From: Vicugna vicugna
Lineage: Eukaryota
Length of the DNA stretch: 64,000 nt
Reading direction: 5' to 3'
Assembly: GCA_013265495.1 (NCBI GenBank)
Contig: MU057880.1
Coordinates: 1,704,527 to 1,768,526, forward strand
Both the position numbers and the translations under genes were made by a program. The notes under the pieces were generated by a model, which searched no databases, was not told the DNA's origin, and saw nothing but the letters and a program-made list of their open reading frames with translations. Of the stretch, positions 40,637 to 52,425 are shown piece by piece. Numbering within the stretch: the first letter of the stretch is position 1; each line of letters begins with the position of its first letter.

Positions 40637-40979
40637 CTATACAGACATACACACATGCACGTGAATCTTAGGATACACAGAAAATGGCAATGCTATCTTT
40701 GCAGAGATAGGGATAAATAATCCAGCAATTATTTGAAATTATCCTTTAAGACAATCTCCAAGAGAATAGATGGACACTTTTTTTTTATATGTCAAAATTC
40801 AACCAGTATGATCTAATTAGATAAATACCTACCCTACTTATAAATTTTGGCACAGCAGTCAGTTAACTGTGGATGACACTACAGGGCAAGGACAGAAAAC
40901 GCATTCGAATGATGTCCAAGCGACCGTGTGGGTGTTTTCGGAGCTTCGAGTCCTTGGCCTGGATGGGAACCTCAGTTGC

Positions 40980-41345
40980 AGCTGATCGGTGAGCACACTG
41001 GCCACGCCCCTCAGGAAAGCAGCAGGCTTGTTCTCACATGTTTCTCATCGGGATTCGGGTCACTCACGTTCAGGGCCTCCCATTGGTCAGTCTGGTGTGG
41101 CCCCGCCTCTCTCCCTACAGCTTAGGTCCGGCATCTGGGCTGATCCTAGGCACTGTCCTGGTGAAGGGAAGTTCCTTCCCAAAGGTGGTGCTTAATCTTT
41201 CAGAGATGGAAATTGGATCCATCTCTGAGCTTCTGCTAACAGGGGAGCGTCCTGTCCATGTCAAGTTTCCAGCCCAGAGCCCCTTCCCAGGTGTCACCTC
41301 GTGTCAAATTTGCTAACAAACAGAACCCATAGCCATCCAATCAGC
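40980..41345. promoter_or_regulatory. Candidate promoter/enhancer: CCAAT and GC-box modules with a kB-like site
   Basis: GGCCACGCCCC 41000-41010, ATTGG 41082-41086, GGCCCCGCCTC 41099-41109, GGGAAGTTCC 41166-41175, CCAATCAG 41337-41344. Motif evidence only. Confidence 0.35.
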
Positions 41346-43231
41346 TCTTCTGGACGTTTCTAAATAAAAAACTCAGACATTTATCAGATATGAGGCTGCT
41401 CTGAATGGTTTCAGGAATGTTCCAAGTTCTGCGAACAGTAGAAAGATTCCCAAAGGGACAGACAAAAATATTTAGGACAGATGAGTTAAAAACACATGTA
41501 CTTCCATTAATGTTACCAAAGATGCTTCTTGCACCTAAAATATACATGCATTGTTTCTGAGGGTGAGGGAATACGACAGGAAAAGAAAAGAGGATGAAGA
41601 AAAGAATCTGTGAGAGACATTTTAACCAGACAATATTCATTCAAAGTATAACCATAGCATATGTAAGATATAACCTATAGTTACATTTATATACAGTTAC
41701 ACATATATACAGTTGTATTCAATTTAGTCCTACATAGTTTTCAGAATTTTTAGAAATTCCAAACACTTCCACTAAATACTAGAATACTTATTATCATACT
41801 ATCTATGTGATTAATAAAAATCGCGAGCTTCTGTTTTTACTGCACAATTATTCGCTGACTTTCTGTTTTCTACAGTTGAGTTCTTTTGTTGATGGCATTA
41901 TACATACTTTCGATGCTTGCTTACACATACACAAATGATTTAATAAAAATATTTCACAGTCCAAGCTGATATATGCTCAGAGTTCAAAAATACAGTTTAT
42001 GATTTCTCATAACTAATATACTTGATGCTTAAAACTCCTTCTCTTGTGAAATATTTAGTGAGTAATTTCTTATTCACTTTTTTTCTCTGAAAAGCACACA
42101 ATCTTTCATTTGGAGATGGTCTTATGGAAATGTCCAGAAGGACAAATGCAGAACATATCACATGAAGCCCTTGAGGCAATGCATAATTCATTCCAAAAAG
42201 CAGAGCTTTAGTTAAAAAATTCAGAGACTTATTTGTTGGTTTGAAATGATCTTTTTTCAGTTCACTGAACCTAAGAATGATTCCTGAAAGAATTTAGCAC
42301 CTTTCTCATTGATTTCTAATTACAAAGCTCTTTACTAAAAAGTGCTACAAAGTTCATAGCACACACACGTGTGATCTCTGGAAGTGCACACCTGCCCCCG
42401 CATCCACTACCTACTTTCCACACCCGGATACACAAACAGGTGCACTTAAAAAAAAAACTAAGCACACACATTTCCCCCTCTTTTATTTAATGTCTACATA
42501 TGCCTAAATATAGTGAGCACACCATGTTAGAAAATGAAACTTGACAACAGCCTACCCCTAGACTTGTAATTCTCCAACGGAGCATTTTTGATTCTAGGAC
42601 TTCTGGGACACGTCTGCATGATTAATTAACTGATCATCACACAGGCTCCTTCTCTCCACCAGGAAAGTAAGTGGAGCATGCAAAAATTGACAAACGAACA
42701 GACAAGTAATAGACGTGCCTTATTATTTGTGCACAGAGCTGCGCAGACCACTTTTTCACGTGGCTCACAGCTGAGCATCTTTCTCCTAGTCAGTTTGCTA
42801 ATTTCACTTCCTTGATGGCGCTGACCCTGATCGCTTTATCTGAGGTGGCCCCCCTTCCACCCCATCCCTCATGTTGTTTCCTTTTTCTCTTTGCCGCAGC
42901 GCTCACCCACATTCTAATATCCCACGAGAGCAAAGGTCTGTGTTGAGCACACTGATGGATCCCAAGTGTCTAGAACAGTGCCTGGCATGAAGCTCACTGT
43001 TCCTGAGTTTTGACTGGACAAATGAATCTTCATTTGGCCAAGAAGAAAACTGAGGCATGAGAAGTCAGCTTACCAGGATTGCATGACTGGGGAAAGGCTA
43101 CCTGGTTCTGAGTCTAGCCCCACACCAGAGTAACTCTTGTCCTGATGAAGATACACATTCTCCTGGCCATCTGCCGCAACAGCTCCCCAGTGGAACAACA
43201 GGACTTTGCATCGTCACAATATTAAAAAACA

Positions 43232-43289
43232 TGATGCTGTACACCAGAAATTGACACATTGTAACTGACTGTAGTTCAGTTAAAAAAAA
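43232..43289 (+). mobile_element. Very short L1 3' tail
   Basis: GCTGTACACCAGAAATTGACACATTGTAACTGACT followed by an A tail. Confidence 0.8.
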
Positions 43290-43481
43290 CAGATTGACTA
43301 GAAAAATGAGTGCTGGCTCTCAGGAAAATCAATTCTAACAGAAATTTCTTTCTTACAAATATAAACTCAGGTAAGTACTCCGAAATCTATCAGTGGTGGA
43401 CTGAGCAACTTCACAAGTGGATTGGATCAGTTTTAACACACTGTCTGTCATGTGCTCGTCTGTGTCTCCCCCACCACACCA

Positions 43482-43839
43482 TGCATAGGCTGAACTCCTA
43501 ACCCCCAGCACCACAGAATATGGCTGTACATGGAGACAGGACCTTTAAAGAAGTAAGTAAAGTCAAATGAGCTCACAAGGGTGGGCTCCTCTCTAGAAGG
43601 CCGGTGACATTATAGGAAGAGGAGACTAGGACACAGATCCAGGGGTGATTGGGTGGGGACACAGGGAGAAGGTAGACATCTGAAGCCAAAGAGAGAAAAG
43701 CCCTTAAAACAGATTTAATCTGCTGACACCTTGAACTTGGGCTTCCAGCCTCCAGAATTTAAGACAAGGGAAAAAAACCCTGTTATTCAAGCCACCCAGT
43801 CTATAAGATTTTATTACAGAAGCCTTAGCAAGATACTCA
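43482..43839 (+). mobile_element. MLT1B-like MaLR LTR
   Basis: CCTAACCCCCAGCACC...GGAGACAGGACCTTTAAAGA...CTGCTGACACCTTGAACTTGGGCTTCCAGCCTCCAGAA...AAGCCACCCAGTCT. Confidence 0.8.
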
Positions 43840-45071
43840 TGAAATAAAGTAAATAATAATTTATTATTATTAAAAAAGTGCAGAGAGAAAATTTCCTTTT
43901 ATTTGAAATTTGAAATTTGTGTGTAAATCTGTGTATGCATCAGTAAATAGAATTTTTTTAAAACAAGCAATGAATTAATACTTTTCACTACATTAACGTG
44001 CATTTTGGAAGAGAGACATGAGAGATCCATGAAGAAATGTTTTCCAAAAATAGAGAATTCCTCAGGGTTCAGAGAACTTTTTATACAAAGCCTGCTAGAA
44101 CTGAAGTAAAGTTCTCTATATTTTTCTTCAGGATCAGGGCGCTGTTGTTTATTTCAAATCTACTATTTAAATACAGGGATGTTTAATCGCACAGGGATTG
44201 GAGACATAAACTCCAGCCCAAAATAGTTCAGTTGTTTCAAAACTGTTAGGAGCTTACTCTGAAAGCATTGTGTGTAGCCCATTTCGTGTTACTAAATTAT
44301 TTAGAATTTAGACCCACAAGAGACTTGGGTGGAGAAGGACTATTTTAGCAGCAGTATTATCTAAATTTGTCAATGCATTGTGATGATAAAAAAGCCATCT
44401 TTTAATCGATATTATTATCATTATTTAATTTTCCATAGGCAGCACAGCTCTGCTATGTTTCCTGAATTGCCTCCCTCAAAACCCCAAACCCTTTTTAATT
44501 TTTAACCATAACTTTACGTTTCTGCATCAACAGGAAATATTCCCATTTTCCATTCTGATAGAGCTGGAATCGGTTTCAAATAAAACCAGTTTTGTCGACA
44601 CAGCACATCACAGGCTTTCCCAGCATAAAGTGAGGATGCAGTGGCTTGAATATTGACAAAGCGAATGATCCTTTTTGACTTGGTTGCTTGATGACCTATT
44701 TTTTTCATGGAATTGTTTTTTCCCAAGTAATTTTGAAAATTCCTAGATGTTGGCACAGGCCTGTGATCCAGTCCTGTTTGGACCCAGCAGATGTCACCGT
44801 GGGAGAAACGTGCTATGTGGGACTTCTGTTTGAAGGTCTTCTTCCTTTTTGGATTGGAGGGGGGTGTCATTGTCCCCTCCGTCTGTGGAGGGGCTCTCAG
44901 ATGCCCCGTGTGTCCTTGCTCTTCCTGCCGACAGGACTTCTTGAAATCACTTTGAAGTAACAGAGAGAGGCCTCCCTTATTCCGTGGAAGGCTCAGCAGA
45001 AAGGCAGAGGAGTTGAGAAGACCAAGAACAAAGCTGTTAGCCGCTGTGTATAAAGATCGATCTGAAAAAGC

Positions 45072-45243
45072 AAGTTTCTTCTGTATAGCACAGGGAACTA
45101 TATTCAATATTTTATAATAACCTTTTATGAAAGTAAATATGAAAATGAATATATGTATGTATATGCATGACTGGGACATTGTGCTGTATACCAGAAACTG
45201 ACACATTGTCACTGACAGTACTTTAATTAAAAAAAAAAAAAAG
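45072..45243 (+). mobile_element. L1 3' tail
   Basis: CTGTATAGCACAGGGAACTATATTCAATAT...CCAGAAACTGACACATTG followed by poly-A. Confidence 0.9.
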
Positions 45244-46374
45244 AGCTGCATTGATGCTAAAAGGCACCTGTCCTTTGGGTTTATTTATTTAGTCGACAAA
45301 TGCTAATGTGCTAGGTTTCTCCCTAACCTATGAGAACATATTTAACATTTGTGACAGCAGTAGAGAGAGACGGCATTCCTACCTTCATGGTGCGAATGGG
45401 GAAATTGAAGCCCAGAGCTGGAAACAACTGGTCCAAGGTACACAGTCCACAGGGGGCTAACCCCACATCTTCAAAAAAGACGCCCGTCTCCCTTGTGCGA
45501 ATGACCTGTAAGCTATGTGGCTTTTCACAGGCACACACCTATTCCCACAAACAACCACATTTACCTAATAGTTGAGCCGAGATGGTTTCTGGAATAGTGC
45601 ACAAATCCCCCCGAACTTTTCCAATGATCTATTTCTTGGTACCAAGCCCAGCTCATTGCTCCCCCCCCCAACATCTGCTGCAATGTGTCCTCTTTTGGGG
45701 GAGAAATTTCTCTTCTTGACTTTGTGTCCTTTTCTGTCGTCTGGTCCCCACTAGGGTCTCCCATGGCTTTTAAGTGTAATACCTCCCTGACTGAGTAGAG
45801 AACGATTATGGAATTGTATGGGAATCTAGGTGGATAAGTAAGGACTTTAAATATTGTTATGTGTTTTTGAAAATAGATTTCGAAGGTGGGAGAAATTTCA
45901 CAGACATCTTTGGGGGATCAAGCACATTGGGGATCATTGAAATCCAATGCTGTCAGTGTTGGGACCAAATCTTTAACATCTTCAAGATTTATTTACTCCT
46001 GCCAGTGATTCCAGTGATGCCAAATCTACATGTTTGGTGTTTCTCCTTTCTTGACACTCCTGATACCAATCTGCTGTCACGGGGGTTTCCTAGACTCTTG
46101 CTGGATTTTTATGTATTTTCTCTTGTCTCTCATGCTAGAAATAAAAGAAAAGAAAACACTGTTTCTCTCTCTTAGTGAGATTGAAAAGATAAAAATACCA
46201 AAATCCCAGGAGAGGGTGGTTCACAATTAGACAGAAAGAGGCATGTGAGACAGGATCTAAGGAATGAGAAGTGTGGGATCTCCTGAGTCTAAAGGAGACA
46301 CTTTCAAGCAGATGGAGATGCTCTGGTGTCAAGTGCCTGCAGTTGCAAAATAATGAAGAAACTTAAAAGATCTT

Positions 46375-46475
46375 ATTCAGTATCTTGTAATAACCTTTAA
46401 TACTAGAAATTGACACATTGTAACTGACTGTACTTCAATAAAAACTGAATAAATTAAAAAAAACTCAATTAAAAA
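46375..46475 (+). mobile_element. L1 3' tail with an internal deletion
   Basis: ATTCAGTATCTTGTAATAACCTTTAAT joined directly to ACTAGAAATTGACACATTG. TSD AAAAGATCTT (46365-46374) / AAAAGCTCTT (46476-46485). Confidence 0.8.
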
Positions 46476-46895
46476 AAAAGCTCTTGGGATGAAAACAAGT
46501 GTGCAGAATGGCTTTAAAGACTTACTTGAACAATTAGAACAGGCAGGACATTTTAGCTGTATTTTTCTATTATAAAGTATCTGTTATGCTTTTTTTAAAA
46601 AATATTTTATTATACTACAGACTTGTTGAGTAGTTTTTTAAATAATTTTTTAAGGCTTTTACATTATTCAGTTTTCACATATCAGTCTAAATTAAGGAAA
46701 TCTGCAACATATTATAATTTGAAATCACTTTACATTTTATTCTAGCACCATAACACAACCCCACAAAACATTTGCACATGCTTAAAATAATAATTGTGAT
46801 AATAATGTATACTATATTAAATCTTCTAATTATAGTTATTTATACATAATGAAATTTGAAAATAGAGTAAAATATTTTCGCTGTTTCATATACAC

Positions 46896-46984
46896 TTTTT
46901 TTTTTCAATGGAGGTATTGGGACTTGAACCCAGGACCTCATGCATGCTAAGAACATGCTCTACCCCTGAGCTATACCCTCCACC
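46896..46984 (-). mobile_element. Vic-1-like SINE, short form
   Basis: The reverse strand reads GAGGGTATAGCTCAGGGGTAGAGCATGTTCTTAGCATGCATGAGGTCCTGGGTTCAAGTCCC followed by an A tail. Confidence 0.9.
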
Positions 46985-47294
46985 AACATTGAGTAGTTGT
47001 CTGTGGGGTAGTTGAGTGAATTTTTTAAAGTATTTTATAATTCTTCCAAATAATACCAAGTGTTGGATTGTCAAATCAAACCCACAGGAATCAGGGATCT
47101 TAACCAGTCTTAAACCCTATCAATAATGCAAAGGATGTTGGCAATCACTGGGCACAGGGACAAGGTGGAGCCATCTGAGATCATCAGCAAAGCTCCCTGT
47201 TCCTTTCACCCCACAACAGAATGTGCTCTGTTTCAAATTTACCCTGTAAGGTTGTAAGCGACACAAGTGGGGGTGAAAGATACGTGGAGGGTGT

Positions 47295-47931
47295 TGTGAT
47301 GGTTGATTTTACAGGTCAGCTTGACTGGGACATGGGGCCACCAGGTGTCTGTTCAGACATGATTCTGGATGTGTCTGTGTGGGTGTTTATGGACGAGATT
47401 AATATTTGAATCCCCAGACTGAGTAAAGAAGAGTGTCCTTCCTCACGTGGGTGGGCCTTATGTTGAAGATGTGTTGGCAGAACAACAGCTGACATCCTCA
47501 CAAGAGACAGGGAACTCCTCCTGTCCATCTGCCTTAGATCCTGGGCAGCAGTTTTCTCCTCTCTTGGACTCCATCCACGCCATCGGCTCTCCTGGTTCTC
47601 AGCCTTCGGTCTGGAACTCCACCCTCAGGTCTGGGGCTCCACCAACTACAGATCTCAGGATGCCTCAACCTTTATAATTGCATGAGCTAGTCTCCTATAA
47701 TAAGTATACCATCCCACTTATGTAAACACACACACATTTTATTTCTCTGTTCACTCTCCTCCTGAGAGAATCATTTTTATCTGTTATTCTCAAAATGAGA
47801 GAAAACAAAGTGAACATATTTAATTTAAATAAATTTAATTGATATAATAATTTAATGTGTAAATCTAATATATTTTTATATATTTTCATCCATCCTATTG
47901 GTTCTGTTTTTCTGGAGAGCTCCAACAAACA
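47295..47931 (+). mobile_element. MLT2-like ERVL LTR
   Basis: Starts TGTGATGGTTGATTTTACAGGTCAGCTTGACTGGG and ends ATCCTATTGGTTCTGTTTTTCTGGAGAG...AACA. Confidence 0.85.
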
Positions 47932-48191
47932 GACATGAACGGAGTCATGTCAGTAATGGAACATCTCTCTTTTCTGCTCCACATACTACATAGCTCATGT
48001 AAAATTCTCCAGTGAGCTATGCCCATAAATACAGAAATTGGAAGCTTCCTTACTACCTGTATCTTGTGAAATTTTTTACTCGAAGACCTCTGTATTAGCC
48101 TCATTATCTCTTTTGCTGATAAATATCATCAGTGTTTACCAAGAGGTCTGAAGTACATGCTCAAAAGGGGACTTGACTCGGTCAACTGTTT

Positions 48192-48372
48192 GTTTTTTTA
48201 AAATTGAAGTAGAGTCGATTTACAATGTTGCATTAGTTTCTAGTGTACAGCACAGTGATTCAGTTATACATATATATGTTCTTTTTCATTCTAGGTTACT
48301 ACAAGATATCAAATACAGCTCCCTGTGATCTACAGTAGCATCTGGTTGCTTATTTTATATATCTTAGTACCT
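48192..48372 (-). mobile_element. Short L1 3' tail
   Basis: AATTGAAGTAGAGTCGATTTACAATGTTGCATTAGTTTCTAGTGTACAGC. Confidence 0.85.
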
Positions 48373-48425
48373 GCAGATTATTTCTGAGAGTGTTCCACAT
48401 CACAGGAGAAAGAGATGCACTTGTT

Positions 48426-48544
48426 TTGCAGGGTGGTAACTAGGTTTTTATTCATTCATTTCTTTGGAGGAGTTTCTGGGGGTTGAACCCGGGACCTCGC
48501 GCACTCTAAGCATGTGCTCCACCCCTGAGCTGCTCCCTCCCCGC
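48426..48544 (-). mobile_element. Vic-1-like SINE, long form
   Basis: GGGGTTGAACCCGGGACCTC B-box region. TSD AGAGATGCACTTGTT (48411-48425) / AGAGATGTGCTTGTT (48545-48559). Confidence 0.85.
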
Positions 48545-48869
48545 AGAGATGTGCTTGTTGCAGAATGGCATTCAAATCACAGAGGGGCACCACACGCTGG
48601 TCAACCCCAACGTCTCAAATTTAGGAGGGGGTACGTGGCCTTTCCCGGTTGAGGTGACAATTCGGTCCGGTTCTTAAGACTCCACTGACAAGTGGCCTCT
48701 ATCAGGTGGAGAAAAAAACCATCATAGGAGGTGGAGAATTGCTCATAGAAAAACAGTGTTTCTTCACGTGGTGGCAGAAGCCTGTGAGGCTCAAGAAAAA
48801 GAACCCTCCGAGAAGGGCCCTAAAAGGCTGGAAACATCAAAACCTTGGTGAGCACTGAGTAGGGCATCT

Positions 48870-49120
48870 CTGCTTGGGGCGGTCCAGTGCTTCCAGTCCA
48901 CCTTTCTGCCCATGAGGGCCGTGGGTACCACAGGAGCGGGGAGGGGCCGCGGGACTGTTTCCGCTTGCTGTCGCGGCTACCGAATCAGGAAAACTAAGCA
49001 TTATCTGATGAGCTGATGTAGCGCATCTTTGCTCCAACGCAGTGCACACCTGCGCGCACACGTGGCTCTCACCCTGTTAATACCAGCGCGTGATAAGGCA
49101 GAGTCACTGCGCCCTAAGGG
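48870..49120. promoter_or_regulatory. Small CpG-rich non-repeat patch, candidate enhancer
   Basis: Many retained CpGs, CACGTG 49059-49064, GATA sites 49001-49006 and 49091-49096, TGCGCGCA 49051-49058. Confidence 0.35.
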
Positions 49121-51950
49121 TGGGTGGAGAAAAAAGTTCTCCATCGACCTCCAGCGTAGTTTAATTATTCAGGCTCTCACCAAATGTCTTCCTGTCAGAT
49201 CGCAAACCTCTTGGCATCACAAGAAACAGAATCCTACATATCACTTTGGGCAGCCTATTAATGGGCAAGAAATTTATGGGAAGAAAGAGTTTCTTCTCTT
49301 CAAGAGAAGCAGATCTTTTATGACTCACAGATTCCAGTTAATTATTTTCTAAATTCAAATTCCTGTTTATATTGTGAAAGAAACAGATGGTGTGCTTTTA
49401 AGGGCCATCCGATACCTTTTATGAGGATGTGTGCATTAAATGACAAAAATTTGCAGAAATAAAAGGTCCTGGTAAAGAGTAAAATATTTTAAATGATACA
49501 TTTGAAAAAAGTGTTTTGTTTTCCAAAATATTGATTAAAGCAAAAGATTCCTTCCCTTATAAAATGCCAATACACAGAAATATATTGATGTTACAAAGTA
49601 CTTGACATAGAACTTTATCTTAAATGGCTTTTATAGGCCAGGATTTACATAAGTGGATAAATTCATGCCCAATTTACATTTTTAATGCTTCTTAAAACTA
49701 ATATGAGAAACGTCTACCTTTGGTACAGACAGTCTTTCTCTTACATGCAAGTCCAACGAAATGCTTGTTCTTTTCCTTGAAGTAGAAAGTAAAATCCTAA
49801 ACTTTGTCGACTTTCAACGAATGTTTTAATATCAATTTATATTCAGCGACACAGGACACTTTGAGTTTCACTTGTTTAAGGAACACCAGTCATTAGAGCA
49901 CAGACTTTGAACAGAAACACCATTGATTGTCAGCTGAAAAATCTTTTCTCTCTAATCTTGGAAAAGGTGCTTATTTTCTCTCATTCACTGTTTCCTTGTA
50001 ACCAAAATCGCTAACTCATATTTTTGATTGGAAAAATACATAAAAGCAACCACTCATTTCCAGTCTACACATTTCCCTAGTGATGGTAATAAATGCTAAT
50101 AACTCCCACGGTTATCAGCAGTGTCCTGTATTTTAGTGGCTAATTAGAATGATGTGTTTTCTAAAGTTAAATGCAAATAAATAAGAATATATATGATTAT
50201 AAATGCATATTCCATTATCATATGTAAATATGTAAATAAGAATTATATTTTATATATATATCCTTTTGAGGAGCAAATAGTCCCCTGTCATCAATATATT
50301 AAAATTTTATCACTACTTTTCATTTTAAAAATATAGGTTTTCCTATCACAGCATTTCCACAAGGCTTTCAGTTTTAATCATTTAGCATTTGAGCTTGGCA
50401 AATGATACCAAGTCAATTTAAAAGTATTGCTCATAAACTTCACAAGGCAGAATGAACTCTGTTTGGGAAATTAGAACTCAGATGCCCCTGGGAATAGTGG
50501 CTTGCCGAACCCAAAATTTAACTAGTGTTGTCAAACGCATGAACAAATCGTGTTTCCACTCTCAGTGAAAGACTGCAATTCTGAGCATGTCCAAGGGCAA
50601 ATTTTCACAAAAGCATGGTGAAAACATTTCATGCTGGTTGAAAAATTAGCACATGATTTGAAGGAATGTTGGAAAATTATATCTCCCTATTTATGGTAAT
50701 AGCAGTAGTATCACTCAGAACAAGCCAGTTAACAACATTTTCTTTATGTACCCTGAGGATTGTTTCCAAATGAAAAGATCTTTTGGGTAAAATACCTATG
50801 TCTAAGTTTTTTCCTCTCCTAGAGACATGTTCTAGAGAATAAAGAAAAAAATCAAGTGAATGTCTATTATAGTTTGTTTAACAATAATTCTGACATTAGT
50901 TGTTACAATACATATACACAGATCATGCTTTGCTTTAAAAAATCGAAATAATGTTAACTTCTATCAAATAATTTTAGATGCTTGTTTTATTGGACATGTT
51001 CATCAGTTAAATTCAAGATATTATACCTGCAGAACATACTAAAATATTGTCAACTGTAAGTTTGCTCAAAGAATCATCAAGAAAGTAAAAAATGTATATA
51101 AGTAAAGATTTTAATGCGTTTTTCGAAAAAAGGTCCGTTTTTTCAAACTAACTTGATCTATTGTTTTAACAACATACAAACTACCTCATTATTGGAAAAA
51201 AACAATATTGGAGGTAAAGGTCTTTGGGTATTCGTGTGATTTTGATACCAAGGTTATTAAAATTGAATTGCAACTTTTGTAATGCTAAAGCAACATTTTC
51301 TAGCTAAGGCCCAAAAGATATAAAGTTCTTCATCTATAAAGTAATTTTAGAAATTCATTTAATATTGCTGGCAGAGATTTTACTGGGACTCTTTGAAGAA
51401 TGATGTAATAACTGGGGTAAGATCTGCATAAATGAAATTCATAACTACTCCATGTCCCGCAGCTCTGAGTGGGCGAACACCCCAGATTCACCAGATTTCC
51501 AATGCAGCCTGTTACATTCCCTTCATTAAGCTGTAGTGTCTCCAGTTCATCATCAGAATTACTGAATGCTAAGATTTAATAATAAATGCAGGCAACAAAA
51601 TTGCCCACAGTTCACAGTGCACTGATAAAGCACTTTTGATTTTAACACTTGGAACAAACACAGAAGGGTCCAGCCTTCTCACGTTTTTGGAGACTTGGAG
51701 TCATTAACTTTATATCCTGTCAAAAAAGCATATGGCGGTTCCAGAGATTTCTTGTACTTTTACTGCTTTAATGGAGAGAAGAGAGGAAGCCGAGAAAGGT
51801 TCAGAGAAGACAGAGCGTTGTTCTTCGTTTCATCTTGTCTTCAGATATAAAAATCTGAACATGATGGTGGTAACGCAGAAGGATTAAATTGATGGTAGTG
51901 GTCTATGTGAATGCTCTATTTGATTTAACAAATTGGAAGGTTTTCCTTTT

Positions 51951-52088
51951 TTTTTTTAAACAAAGCTTAATTTTTATTTTATTTGCTTTATTTATTTTTT
52001 GGTGGGGAGAGGAGTAATTAGGGGGTTGACCCCAGGACCTCCTGCACGCTAAGCATGTGCTCTACCACTTGAGCTAGACCCTCCCCCA
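51951..52088 (-). mobile_element. Vic-1-like SINE, long form with an internal deletion
   Basis: tRNA-like head at 52021-52087. TSD GAAGGTTTTCCTTTT (51936-51950) / GAAGGTTTTACTTTT (52089-52103). Confidence 0.88.
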
Positions 52089-52254
52089 GAAGGTTTTACT
52101 TTTGACGTACATCATCCCAATAAGTTCATTGTGAGTGACTCAGTGTGAGAACAGAAAATGCTTAGTAAATGGAGTATAATTTGCACCAGAAATTGAGACC
52201 GTTTTCCATATAATTTCAAGGCCAAGTCTACCAAACGCACCTTTAGGAATCTCA

Positions 52255-52425
52255 CTGATGCAGGTTAGAACCACCCACAATGGGAAGGGATATAAAAGGA
52301 GATTTTAAAAATATCCCAATGTCTAAATTCCACTTCAATCAAGCCAGGTTGTTGAAAGTCAGTCCTAGGTCTCAGTTATATACATTTTTTAAAATCCCAA
52401 GTAATTCTTAAGTGCAGTAAGAATA
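52255..52425. mobile_element. MER5-like hAT-Charlie MITE remnant
   Basis: TTAGAACCACC...TTTTAAAAATATCCCAATG...ATTTTTTAAAATCCCAAGTAATTCTTAAGTGCAG, with loose internal dyad symmetry. Confidence 0.5.
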
